A stretch of 64,000 nucleotides of DNA from Candidatus Woesearchaeota archaeon (GCA_964448605.1 CAYUZV010000004.1:645-64644), one strand, 5' to 3'. Numbered from the stretch's first letter, positions 9,471-19,150 are shown. Made by a program: numbers and translations. Notes: a model not told the origin generated them from the sequence alone.

Positions 9471-10329
9471 AAACACTCCGAGCTTCCTTCAATAACTTTT
9501 TTTCCTTCAATTCATTTCTTTGAGAAATATGAGTCAAAATCAATTTTTTAGCTTTTGCCTTAGAAGCAATTTTTCCAGCCATTTCAGCAGTCAAATGATT
9601 ATATTTTTTTGCAGATTCTTTCTCATCATTTGAAAAACAAGAATCAATAATAACCAAATCAGCACCCTTAGCCAATTCAACAGCATTTTTACACTCTCCA
9701 GTATCAAAAACAAATGCAATCTTTCTTCCTTTCTCCAAATAAGTATAATCTTTGCACTTCAATTTTTTACTTCCAATAACAACATCCTTACCCTCAACCA
9801 ACTCTCCCAACAACCTCTCATCACCTTTCCCAATCTTAACCTTGCTCAATTTCTTTTTATTAATTCTCAATCTATCTTTTTCCTCAAACAAATAACCCAA
9901 AGTTTGATTATGTTTCAATTTCTTAGCAACAACTCTAAAATCAACACTCTCAAAAACAACACTCCCTCTAACCTCATTAACATTCAACTTTATTTTTCCA
10001 GAAGAATTAAACAATTCAAAAATCTTTTTAATCTTATTTTCAGTTCCAACAGGTCCATAAACATTTAATTCCTTTTTATAATCATTTAATGAAAGAGTCT
10101 CAAATAATCCAGGCAAACCCAAAACATGATCTCCATGCCAATGAGTAATCAAAATATCTGTCAACTTACATAAATTAATCTTCGCCTTTCTCATCTGCCT
10201 CTGACTTCCCTCTCCACAATCCACTAAAATATTTCTATCTTTATAACCAATATGAATGCAACTATGATTGCGACTAACAGTTGGAATCGCACTTCCTGTC
10301 CCTAAAAAAGTTATTTTTATTTTTTCCAT
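9424..10329 (-). CDS. rnz: ribonuclease Z (metallo-beta-lactamase fold)
   Basis: FLGTGSAIPTVSRNHSCIHI, VDCGEGSQRQ and the ITHWHGDHVLGLPGL (HxHxDH) motif. Confidence 0.8.
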   Translation of the reverse strand: MEKIKITFLGTGSAIPTVSRNHSCIHIGYKDRNILVDCGEGSQRQMRKAKINLCKLTDILITHWHGDHVLGLPGLFETLSLNDYKKELNVYGPVGTENKIKKIFELFNSSGKIKLNVNEVRGSVVFESVDFRVVAKKLKHNQTLGYLFEEKDRLRINKKKLSKVKIGKGDERLLGELVEGKDVVIGSKKLKCKDYTYLEKGRKIAFVFDTGECKNAVELAKGADLVIIDSCFSNDEKESAKKYNHLTAEMAGKIASKAKAKKLILTHISQRNELKEKKLLKEARSVFKNTEIAKDFLKVEI

Positions 10330-10374
10330 AATATATAAAACAAAACATAGTTTAATAAGTTTTCTTGAAATAGA

Positions 10375-10641
10375 TTAAATACTTTTAACTATCCGAGGTA
10401 TGTTCCTTATATGAAAAGATGCATCAAAAAAGAATATAGAACAAACACCAAGTATTCCAAAAGAAACTATAATCAGCACACCAACACTAAAAAAATCATC
10501 CAACTTTATTTGCTTTGTCAGGATAGCTATACTCACTCCAATAAGATAAGTAAATGCTACTATAATTGAGGTTGAAGAAATAACAAGATATTTCTGAAAT
10601 TGCAAATCCAAAACATTTTTTATTTTTAACTTTTCATCCAT
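10375..10641 (-). CDS. small membrane protein (start taken at Met15 of the track ORF)
   Basis: Two TM helices. The Met15 ATG (10641) sits directly after the stop of the upstream 60-aa ORF. Confidence 0.4.
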   Translation of the reverse strand: MDEKLKIKNVLDLQFQKYLVISSTSIIVAFTYLIGVSIAILTKQIKLDDFFSVGVLIIVSFGILGVCSIFFFDASFHIRNIPRIVKSI

Positions 10642-10642
10642 T

Positions 10643-10825
10643 TTAATCAGTAAATGACCATGCAACCAAAATAACTCCTGCAATCACAGAAATAGCAGTA
10701 ATTACTAAGAAAAAATATTCTCTAATCTGCACAATTGAGAGTGAACCTATAACTCCAAAAATTATCAGTAAAACACCAATAACACCCCCAACAGTTTTAT
10801 TAGCAGAAACTTTTTTACTTACCAT
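10643..10825 (-). CDS. small membrane protein (60 aa, 2 TM)
   Basis: Hydrophobic hairpin GVIGVLLIIFGVIGSL ... VITAISVIAGVILVAW. Confidence 0.4.
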   Translation of the reverse strand: MVSKKVSANKTVGGVIGVLLIIFGVIGSLSIVQIREYFFLVITAISVIAGVILVAWSFTD

Positions 10826-10940
10826 TCAAACTCCCTCAATAGATACCTCTAACAAAACTCCACTATTTTAAAACCTTTTTATTCTCAATCATAGATTTCA
10901 AAACACCAAAATTTATAAACTTAAAAAAATATTATTAAAT

Positions 10941-11780
10941 ATGGAACAAAAAAAGGTGATGAATAAAACACTTCTCAAAAAAGAAAAATCAAACTCTCAG
11001 AAATTAAAATCCCCTAAAAAAATTAAAATCCTAAAAAATAGAGTTTCAACAGGAATTCCGGGATTTGACAAACTTATCCAGGGAGGTTTTCCACAAGGTT
11101 CATCAATCCTTGTTTCAGGAGGTCCTGGAACAGGCAAAACAATTTTCGCAATGCAATATCTTGTTCAAGGAGCATTGAAAAATGAAAAAGGACTTTATGT
11201 AACTTTTGAACAAAGAGAATCTGATTTAACAAAACAGGCAAAACAATTTAAATGGAATTTAAATTCACTAACCTCAAATGGAACTCTTAAAATAATGTCA
11301 ATTCCAGTTCACAAACTAACAAGAAAAACAATCAAAGAAATCAAAGAAATTGTAAAAAAAGAAAACATAAAAAGATTGGTTATTGATTCTCTTTCAACTC
11401 TTGTTGTCAATGCACCAATATATACAAACCCTTCAGAACTTTCAGTAGAAGATGTTGTCGGAGATAATGTAACATTTTCACCTCCAATAATAGGAGATTA
11501 CATGGTGAGAAAATTTGTTTATGGATTCATAGAAGGACTAAGAAATTTAAATTCAACAAATCTTTTAATTGGAGAAGCAAACCAAACCGGAGACACAATT
11601 ACAAGAGACGGATTATCAGAATTCGCATGTGATGGAATAATCTCAATAAGTTTTGAATCCTTAGGAGGAGAATTCTCTCGCTCATTAATAGTCAGAAAAA
11701 TGAGAAGAACAAAAAACAATGAAGATGTTCATCCAATGGAAATTGGAAAACATGGAATAAAAATACACGATGTTGAATGA
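10941..11780 (+). CDS. KaiC/RecA-superfamily ATPase (279 aa) with Lys-rich N-terminal tail
   Basis: GIPGFDKLIQGGFPQGSSILVSGGPGTGKTIFAMQYL (Walker A) and RLVIDSLSTL (Walker B). Confidence 0.8.
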   Translation: MEQKKVMNKTLLKKEKSNSQKLKSPKKIKILKNRVSTGIPGFDKLIQGGFPQGSSILVSGGPGTGKTIFAMQYLVQGALKNEKGLYVTFEQRESDLTKQAKQFKWNLNSLTSNGTLKIMSIPVHKLTRKTIKEIKEIVKKENIKRLVIDSLSTLVVNAPIYTNPSELSVEDVVGDNVTFSPPIIGDYMVRKFVYGFIEGLRNLNSTNLLIGEANQTGDTITRDGLSEFACDGIISISFESLGGEFSRSLIVRKMRRTKNNEDVHPMEIGKHGIKIHDVE

Positions 11781-11824
11781 TTTTAAAACCAAACAAATAA
11801 ATACTTCTTTTTATTATAATAAAT

Positions 11825-13024
11825 ATGATAGGAACACTAAATAAAGAGGTTTTAAAAAGTGGAGAATTTGTCTACCACAAAACAGAAAAAGGAAAAATAA
11901 AAGAATTTTTTGACCATCTTTTAGTTTATGGGGGAGCGAGTTTTGATAAAGGAATTTTAAGAATTTGGGGAGATCCTTCATTATTCACTCCTTTAGAAGG
12001 ATTTGTAATTTACTACCATTATTTGAAAAAATGCACAGGAAAATATGCAGATGAAATTTTCTACTGGCTCGGGCATTTATACGGAAAAAATTCCACTTTA
12101 ATGTTAATGAAAAAATTTGGATTTGACAAAAGAAAAGTAGCTGATTTTGTAAATGGAGCAACTCAGGATGGATTTGGTTATATGGATGTTGAAAAACTAA
12201 AATATACCAATACATCTTTTGATGGAAAAGTAGAAGGGACTAATTCAAATTTTGCAATAAGATATTCAAAAAAATACGGAATTCAGGAAACTCCTGTAGA
12301 TTTTTATATGGCAGGAATTCTTTCAGGAGGTTCAGAACCTTTATTCGGATTTCCAATTGAAGCAAAAGAAATAAAATGTATGGCACAAGGAAAAAAACAC
12401 TGCATATATGCAGTAAAAAGCACTTCAAAAACAAAAACACCTGAATTTTTTAAAAAAATAAATTTAAATGAAAAATTATTAAGAAAAAGAACAGGAATTC
12501 TTGGAAGAAAAAGAAAAATCAAATTCAGCATATTTAAAAAACCAGATATAAAATTTGGAGACGGAAGTTTCTACCTAAATAATTATCAAGGATTTAATTT
12601 AGCATCCTATGAACATGTCCTTTTAGACAAATTTTCATACCTTCTTTTAGGTGAAAAAAAATTCTTCAAATTAAAAGAAATAATTTCAAAAAAATATATA
12701 AAAGCAACATTAAATAAAAACCTGAAATCAGATTTAATAAGTAAAAAATCAATTCAAAATCTTTTAGAACACCTAAAAATTTTCGGATTTGGAGAACTTA
12801 AAATTTATTATTTCAAAGGAAAAAAAATAATAATAAAAAATTTAGAAAATCCTTATCTTTCAGATTCCTATGCTCTATTCAGAAAAATAGATTCAGAACT
12901 AGGATTAGACATGCCTGCAAAACTCCTAAAACATGCATTTAAAATATATTTTAACAAAGAATGCACTGCAGAACCTCTTAAAATAAACCCAAAAATAAGC
13001 TCTATAAAAATTACTCTTTCTTAA
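11825..13024 (+). CDS. V4R-domain protein (399 aa) with uncharacterised C-terminal half
   Basis: V4R-type C-x-x-G-x3-C signature in EIKCMAQGKKHCIYAVKS. Follows the KaiC-like gene after 44 nt. Confidence 0.55.
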   Translation: MIGTLNKEVLKSGEFVYHKTEKGKIKEFFDHLLVYGGASFDKGILRIWGDPSLFTPLEGFVIYYHYLKKCTGKYADEIFYWLGHLYGKNSTLMLMKKFGFDKRKVADFVNGATQDGFGYMDVEKLKYTNTSFDGKVEGTNSNFAIRYSKKYGIQETPVDFYMAGILSGGSEPLFGFPIEAKEIKCMAQGKKHCIYAVKSTSKTKTPEFFKKINLNEKLLRKRTGILGRKRKIKFSIFKKPDIKFGDGSFYLNNYQGFNLASYEHVLLDKFSYLLLGEKKFFKLKEIISKKYIKATLNKNLKSDLISKKSIQNLLEHLKIFGFGELKIYYFKGKKIIIKNLENPYLSDSYALFRKIDSELGLDMPAKLLKHAFKIYFNKECTAEPLKINPKISSIKITLS

Positions 13025-14276
13025 ACTTCCTTTTTACTGCTTCTCTTAACTGCAAAATCGGATAAATGCCTGCAATTTTAAATGAATCCATCACTTCAAA
13101 AATTGGAACCTTAGCCTGACTACAAGCATAAACAGGATACATATCTCCTCTAAACCTTTCCTTATGAAATGCTTGATCTTTTGAGTTATATAAAAAACTT
13201 CCATAATCAAAAGAAGTCTTATGAAGAAAAGTCATAGTTTTATTATCCACTCTGACTCTTTGACCATTTTTCTCAATATGAACTGGTTGAACCTTATGAA
13301 AAGGTGAAAATCCTAAATTAAATTCTTCATAACCTTCTTCAAAAATCTTTCTCATAGATTCAACTAAAAGCATATAACCAACTCCTGAAGGAGATTCCTT
13401 CCGAGCCCTCATAATATCTGCAAAATAACCTTTAACATTTCCTTTTGAAAAAATAGGATCTAACATTAGATAACCAATAACTCCTTTAGAATTTTCAGCA
13501 ACAAAAAGGCGAACATCATTTTCCCTATCAAAATCAACATCCAATGGACGAGTAAAAAATCTCATTTCATGAGCAGAAACCATACGAGTAGAAATCCATT
13601 CATCAGAAATCTCATGCAAAAGCTCTTTCTTCCATTCAGAAGCAGAAACCTCATAAACTCCAACACCTTCAGAAACAGCAGAATTATACTGCCTTCTCAC
13701 CAACTCCCTATCATTCCCTTTCAAATATTCCTTAACAAATTCTAAAGAAGGTTCATCAAACTTCTTCAATCTTTTTCTCCTTTTCTGAACTTTTGTTTTA
13801 ACCTTCCAAAACCTCTTACGAATTTCCTCACCTTCATCCATTCTCTCATAAAGTGCATCTTTTTCAGCAACCAAATTCCTTAACTCTTCCTCAATCTTAT
13901 CCCTCTCTTTCTGCTTAACCAAAACACTCTCAGGCCAAACATCACTTCTATAAATTCCAGTTTCAGTTCCAAAATGATTCATGCTAAAACCAAAATTATG
14001 GTGAAGAATTTCAGCAACACCTCGGGATATCTGATAAAACGAAGTCTTGGGATGTTCTTTGAATGCTAACCCAACCAACAGTTCCAAATCATTCTTATCG
14101 CAAACAGGATTTCCTAAAACAAATCTCCTGCCCCCTTGTTTAACAAAAGTCAAAAAACCGACATCCCTCAAATCAAAATAATCAACCTCTGGTTGAAGCA
14201 TAGAATAAGCCATACAAAAATCTCCAAATTCTCTAACATAATTTCTTCTCTCATCTCTTGAAAATAATTCAGGCAT
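13011..14276 (-). CDS. DUF2156 / MprF C-terminal (aminoacyl-phosphatidylglycerol synthase-like) domain protein with coiled-coil insert
   Basis: YFADIMRARKESPSGVGYMLLVESMRKIFEEGYEEFNLGFSPF matches the remembered dlMR..p..P.G.m.fL...keeGy..fnLGmaPl pattern. A Lys/Arg-rich coiled coil spans about aa 120-190. Confidence 0.55.
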   Translation of the reverse strand: MPELFSRDERRNYVREFGDFCMAYSMLQPEVDYFDLRDVGFLTFVKQGGRRFVLGNPVCDKNDLELLVGLAFKEHPKTSFYQISRGVAEILHHNFGFSMNHFGTETGIYRSDVWPESVLVKQKERDKIEEELRNLVAEKDALYERMDEGEEIRKRFWKVKTKVQKRRKRLKKFDEPSLEFVKEYLKGNDRELVRRQYNSAVSEGVGVYEVSASEWKKELLHEISDEWISTRMVSAHEMRFFTRPLDVDFDRENDVRLFVAENSKGVIGYLMLDPIFSKGNVKGYFADIMRARKESPSGVGYMLLVESMRKIFEEGYEEFNLGFSPFHKVQPVHIEKNGQRVRVDNKTMTFLHKTSFDYGSFLYNSKDQAFHKERFRGDMYPVYACSQAKVPIFEVMDSFKIAGIYPILQLREAVKRKFKKE

Positions 14277-14282
14277 CTCCCT

Positions 14283-15422
14283 TCACCCTCCAATTATCTC
14301 CTTTTTAACATAAGCATCCATCATCTCAAAAAACAGATTTTCAGTCATCTCAACTCTATCAACATCCAATGCATCAGTATTATCAGTTCTCCAATCAGGC
14401 TCTCCAAACTTAAAATAAGGATGATAAACCTTAGTAAAATTAAAAGCTCTTTTTTCAGACTTATTTTTTTTATCCAAATTATCCTTAGAAAGATTAGGTT
14501 CAAAATCAATGCCTTTAACCTTCAAAGCCCTTTCAATAGAATTTGTAGTATCTCTCATTGTCCGATTTAATGGATTAACTACATTATAAGTCTTTTTTTC
14601 ACCTCCATCTTCCTTTCTAATCGCCTCACAAACACCAACCACATCATCAAGAGTAACAATATTTTTAGTTGTAGAATCAGAACCAGGCAATCTAAATGAA
14701 ACTCTTCTAAAATCTAATTCACCATCACAATTCTCCCAATATTCTCTAAAATCATCTTTTCCATTAAATGAATTCAAAATAGAAGCATACAAAGTTAAAA
14801 GATAACCATAATACATCCTATTCTCGCCTTTTGCATCCTTAGTCTTCGAATCACCCATAATAATACTTGGACGAACAATTGTATAAGGCAAATCCCAAGA
14901 ATTTCTAACAATCTGCTCACAATGATGTTTAGATTCTTCATAAGGATTTTTATAACCAACAGTATTTACATAATCTCCTTCAGGAATCTCTCCTTTTTCC
15001 TTACCACAAACATAAGCAGTGCTCATATAAAAAAATCTATCTAATTTTTCAAATTCAGATGCAAGAGCAAGCATATTCTGAGTTCCTAATATATTTGTCC
15101 TTTCAATAGATTCTCTTTTGGATTCGTCAAAATCAGTTGAAGCAGCCATATGCCAAACCTCCTGAGCTTTTTTCCCAAGTCTTTTTCTATCCTTAAGACT
15201 GATTCCCAAATAAGGTTCAGTTATATCTCCCCTTACAAAATCTATTCTATCTAAATAATCAATAAAATTCCTTTTCAAATTTCTTTCAGAAGTATCAGAT
15301 CTAACTAAAAGATGATAATGGTTTCCACCATCTTCTTCCAAAAATCTATGAACAAGCTCTTTTCCAACAAAACCACTCGCACCTGTAACAAACACTTCCT
15401 TTCCCATAATTAATCTACTCAT
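14283..15422 (-). CDS. NAD(P)-dependent thioester/acyl reductase-like SDR (NAD_binding_4 type)
   Basis: VFVTGASGFVGKELVHRFL Rossmann motif, HLLVRS, and YEESKHHCEQIV (YxxxK). Lies 6 nt upstream of the DUF2156 gene. Confidence 0.7.
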   Translation of the reverse strand: MSRLIMGKEVFVTGASGFVGKELVHRFLEEDGGNHYHLLVRSDTSERNLKRNFIDYLDRIDFVRGDITEPYLGISLKDRKRLGKKAQEVWHMAASTDFDESKRESIERTNILGTQNMLALASEFEKLDRFFYMSTAYVCGKEKGEIPEGDYVNTVGYKNPYEESKHHCEQIVRNSWDLPYTIVRPSIIMGDSKTKDAKGENRMYYGYLLTLYASILNSFNGKDDFREYWENCDGELDFRRVSFRLPGSDSTTKNIVTLDDVVGVCEAIRKEDGGEKKTYNVVNPLNRTMRDTTNSIERALKVKGIDFEPNLSKDNLDKKNKSEKRAFNFTKVYHPYFKFGEPDWRTDNTDALDVDRVEMTENLFFEMMDAYVKKEIIGG

Positions 15423-15501
15423 GCCTATATTTAAATATTTATTTCCTTAAACATCCATTCCAAAAAACCTTATAAACATCCTTCACCTTAATATAAATAC
15501 A

Positions 15502-16065
15502 ATGGCACTATCATCCCTTTTACAAAAACTATTATTCATAAATAAATTCAACATAATAAATGGAAAAGTAGAACTTCTTGGAACAAGATATATCATGCTT
15601 GATTCATCATATCTTTTAACATTACAGGAAATAGATAAAAGCAAAACCTATGACATGGCAAAAGATGGTTCAAAGGAAAATCTTAAAAAATTAGTTACTC
15701 ATGCAGAAGTTTACAAAAACATAAAAAATCAGTCACTCCAAAAAATAGCAGAACTAAGCAAAAAAATAGGACAAACAGACGAAGGAGTTATAAAAACCCT
15801 TCAATCAATTTTTGAATTATATGGATTAGGAAAACTAACAGTTTTAAAATTAGAAAATGAATCCAAAAAAGCACTCCTCAAATTAGAAGACAGCACAATA
15901 GCAGTAGCCCAATTAAAAAAAGAAAAAACATCTCAACAAATCTGTTCATTCACAGCAGGAGTTCTTGCAGGAATATTCTCATATATATTCAAAAAAAATG
16001 TCAATTGCATTGAAAACAAATGCCTTGCAAAAGGAGATGCTTATTGTGAGTTTAAAGTTTATTAA
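15502..16065 (+). CDS. V4R-domain protein (187 aa)
   Basis: The C-terminal NCIENKCLAKGDAYCEFKVY is a classic V4R ending. Divergent from the reductase gene across an 80-bp spacer. Confidence 0.65.
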   Translation: MALSSLLQKLLFINKFNIINGKVELLGTRYIMLDSSYLLTLQEIDKSKTYDMAKDGSKENLKKLVTHAEVYKNIKNQSLQKIAELSKKIGQTDEGVIKTLQSIFELYGLGKLTVLKLENESKKALLKLEDSTIAVAQLKKEKTSQQICSFTAGVLAGIFSYIFKKNVNCIENKCLAKGDAYCEFKVY

Positions 16066-16099
16066 AAATTTCTTCGAAAAATAGCCCTATATTAAAAAA

Positions 16100-16226
16100 T
16101 CCTGCCCTTGCATATCGGATTCGTCAATTACCAATAAAATAAAACAAACACTCTGCGAGTAAGCCTACGAGAGTAAATAATTTTTAACAACAAGTAGGCT
16201 TAGGAGTTCGGAGTCGAATGCGAGCA
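16100..16226 (+). repeat. copy B of the repeated structured intergenic element
   Basis: Same conserved blocks as copy A. Perfect 9-bp stem TAAGCCTAC (16160-16168) / GTAGGCTTA (16194-16202). Confidence 0.6.
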
Positions 16227-16267
16227 AAAAACCCAAAATTTATAAACAAACAATAACTTCTATTACA

Positions 16268-17086
16268 ATGAAAAGAGGGATAATAACACTTATTACTGCA
16301 TCAATTTTAGCAACATTCTTACTTTTCTATCTCACTCATTATTCAAATTCAGGTGCTTTTTCTTCAAAACTAAGCATAGATGAACAAATAAAAATGGAGT
16401 CAGGAGTAATCCAACTCTCAGTTAAACAACTTTTAGAAGGAAGCAAATTTTCAGTAAATAAAGACGACATAGTTATGTTTAGTTTAGAAGATGAAACCTA
16501 CTCATTCATCATAAGCGAAATTAATAGCAAAGAAAAAAGAATAGGAATAATTCTCGATAAAAAAGTTTTAATAAAAATAAAAGCACTTGAAGTAGAAAAA
16601 CTTAATTTAGATGGTGACGAATACTACGAACTCTCAATCTATGTTGATTCAGTAAACCACCAATCTGCAACCATCTCCTTTAAAAAAATAAATGAAAAAA
16701 TAGGAATGATTCAGCAAATTGACTCAAGAATCGAAACCCTCATCTACGAGTTTGAAGAAAACTACAAACTTCAGTTAAATTTTATTATAATAGCAGTCAT
16801 AGCAATGTTATTTGCAATGATTGCATATTTAGTAAAAATATACTTCCTTCCTCAAATGAAACTGAAAAAAAGAACTGAAAAAGAATCTCCAAGTGAAATC
16901 TTAGATTACCTTTTAAAAAATGCAGAACAAGCAAAACTAAAAAACAACATTCCAAAAATAAAAAAACTAAATAAAAAAATAAAAAACCTATACAACTATC
17001 TTCCATCCTCAAAAAAACAAAGATTTCAAAAAAGAATAAAAAACTTAGAAAATTATTTAAGTAAATGTGAGTTTAGTAAAAGATGA
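16268..17086 (+). CDS. membrane protein (272 aa) with Lys-rich cytoplasmic tail
   Basis: N-terminal TM plus an internal TM (FIIIAVIAMLFAMIAYLV). ATGA overlap with the downstream KaiC-like gene. Confidence 0.55.
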   Translation: MKRGIITLITASILATFLLFYLTHYSNSGAFSSKLSIDEQIKMESGVIQLSVKQLLEGSKFSVNKDDIVMFSLEDETYSFIISEINSKEKRIGIILDKKVLIKIKALEVEKLNLDGDEYYELSIYVDSVNHQSATISFKKINEKIGMIQQIDSRIETLIYEFEENYKLQLNFIIIAVIAMLFAMIAYLVKIYFLPQMKLKKRTEKESPSEILDYLLKNAEQAKLKNNIPKIKKLNKKIKNLYNYLPSSKKQRFQKRIKNLENYLSKCEFSKR

Positions 17087-17823
17087 ATTTAAAAAAAGTT
17101 ATAAAAAATCCTGTAAAAAAATCTTCAACAATAAGAAACAAAAACCGAACACCCACTGGAATAGCAGGATTTGACCGATTATGTAAAGGAGGTTTTATAA
17201 AAGATAGTATAAACCTTGTTATTGGAAATGCAGGTTCTGGAAAAACAACATTTCTACTCCAATTTTTATACAATGGAGCATCTCAGTTTAATGAAAGTGG
17301 TTTATTTGTAACATTTGAACAAGAAACCCATGACTTAAAAAGAACAGGAAAAAAACAAAACATGGATTTCGGCAAATTAGAAAAAAAAGGAAAAATACAT
17401 TTCTTAAAACTTAATCCAGACATGTCACTAAAACAAATACAAAAACAACTCATAAAAAGAATCACAGAATACGACATAAAAAGAATCTGCTTTGACCCAA
17501 TTAACATATTCTCACTAGAATTTCCAAAAGAAACAAATGTTCGAAAACAACTCTACGATTTTTTAAACATCCTAAAACAATTAGATTCCTGTGTTTTAAT
17601 ATCAGGAGAATCAGATAATGAAAATGGTTCAGGACAAAAAATAAACGAAGAAATAGTTTTCTGCAGATACTTAACAGATTCAGTTATTGAACTTTTTGCA
17701 TCAGGAATCTCAGGTTCAGGTGATAGAGCAATAAGAATTGTAAAAATGAGAATGACAGATCATCTAAGAGGTCCTGTAGGAATGCAAATAACAAACAATG
17801 GAATAAAAGTCCTAAAGAATTAA
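17083..17823 (+). CDS. KaiC/RecA-superfamily ATPase (246 aa)
   Basis: GIAGFDRLCKGGFIKDSINLVIGNAGSGKTTFLLQFL (Walker A) and ICFDPINIF (Walker B-like). Confidence 0.8.
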   Translation: MNLKKVIKNPVKKSSTIRNKNRTPTGIAGFDRLCKGGFIKDSINLVIGNAGSGKTTFLLQFLYNGASQFNESGLFVTFEQETHDLKRTGKKQNMDFGKLEKKGKIHFLKLNPDMSLKQIQKQLIKRITEYDIKRICFDPINIFSLEFPKETNVRKQLYDFLNILKQLDSCVLISGESDNENGSGQKINEEIVFCRYLTDSVIELFASGISGSGDRAIRIVKMRMTDHLRGPVGMQITNNGIKVLKN

Positions 17824-17865
17824 TCCAAATATTTATAAGATATAAATCTCTTTTCTTTACATAAA

Positions 17866-18861
17866 ATGATACCCAAAAGAGATGTTTTAAGATATGCCTT
17901 AGTAGGTGCAATTTTAATTGTCCTTCTTTCAATTCTCATTGTCCTAAGAGGAGGAGTAAAAGAACTAACAACTCATGGAATCACAGGACTCACATCATTA
18001 GAAAATTCAACAATTCAAATAACAGGACAACTTGAAATAGATTTTGAAAACATAACCTCCTATTCAGGAGCAAATAAAAAAATACCAATTACAATAAAAA
18101 ACACAGGTCCAATCTTTCTAAACAACTGCATACTCACAGCAGAAGGAGAAATATCTCCCTGGATTTACTCTGAATTCTCTCAGGGAATAGCACCAGGCGA
18201 AACTTTAAATTTTATTTTCAATCTAAACATACCAGAAGAAACAAAAAATAAAGACTATTTCGGAATAATAAAAATAGAATGTGAAGAAATAACAAAATCA
18301 AAAGAAATAAAAGTAACTTTAAAAGAAAACACAAACAAAATAAAAATAAACCAAATAGAACAAGAAAAAGACAATCTAAACATAACTTACACATTCGACA
18401 ATTCAGATTTTATTGGAAATCAAATAAGCATAATGATTCAATTATTAAATGAATCGAATAGTGAAATTTTAAACCAAACAGACATTTTCCCAATAAATAA
18501 AGAACCTCCAATAAAAAGAAATATTATAATAGAAATTCCAAAAAACTTAATAGGATTTTTTGACCTTCAATTCACAATCCAGTCAGACAAACAAAATCCA
18601 ATAAAACAATCAATAATTTTAGGAAGTTCATCAACAACAGGAAATGCAATACTTGAAGCAAGTAAACAAAAAATAGCAGGATATATTGTTTTTTCAATAA
18701 TGATTACAGCAGGACTTTTCTTTTCATTAAGGGGTTCAATAAAAAAATTTCTAAATTCAAAAAAATCTCCAAAAAACCCAAAGAACAAAAAACCCTCTAA
18801 ACTCGCAGACAATAAAGAACAAAACCAATATAAAAAACTAAAAAACCATAGTTTTAAATAA
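17866..18861 (+). CDS. membrane-anchored surface protein with CARDB/NEW3-like beta-sandwich segment
   Basis: N-terminal TM, APGETLNFIFNLNIPEE...YFGIIKIECE, a C-terminal TM and a Lys-rich tail. Confidence 0.5.
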   Translation: MIPKRDVLRYALVGAILIVLLSILIVLRGGVKELTTHGITGLTSLENSTIQITGQLEIDFENITSYSGANKKIPITIKNTGPIFLNNCILTAEGEISPWIYSEFSQGIAPGETLNFIFNLNIPEETKNKDYFGIIKIECEEITKSKEIKVTLKENTNKIKINQIEQEKDNLNITYTFDNSDFIGNQISIMIQLLNESNSEILNQTDIFPINKEPPIKRNIIIEIPKNLIGFFDLQFTIQSDKQNPIKQSIILGSSSTTGNAILEASKQKIAGYIVFSIMITAGLFFSLRGSIKKFLNSKKSPKNPKNKKPSKLADNKEQNQYKKLKNHSFK

Positions 18862-18883
18862 GGAAATTATCTCACTTTTCTAT

Positions 18884-18957
18884 GCCTCTGTAGCTCAGTT
18901 GGATAGAGCGACTGCCTTCTAAGCAGTAGGTCGAAGGTTCAAGTCCTTCCAGAGGCG
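18884..18957 (+). tRNA. tRNA-Arg (anticodon TCT)
   Basis: Cloverleaf: GCCTCTG TA GCTC AGTTGGATA GAGC G ACTGC CTTCTAA GCAGT AGGTC GAAGG TTCAAGT CCTTC CAGAGGC G. Confidence 0.9.
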
Positions 18958-19150
18958 TTTTTGCATTATCTTAAATAATAAAATAATTCCTCCAATATCT
19001 TCTCGGTTTCCTAACACTCGCCTCATTATTCCCTATCTCACTTAAAATATTTTCATCTACTTTAGAATTATAATCAACAAAGTTCTTAGAATCTCTATCA
19101 ACCTTGCTAAAAGTATCTTCACTTAATATTCCTCCATCCTCTTCTTAATC

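Noticed and set aside
10941-17823. KaiC-like ATPases as ArlH (archaellum) components of the pilin system
   Set aside because: They lie more than 20 kb from the platform/pilin operon, with no ArlI/ArlJ-type neighbours. Adjacency to V4R proteins suggests a different role.
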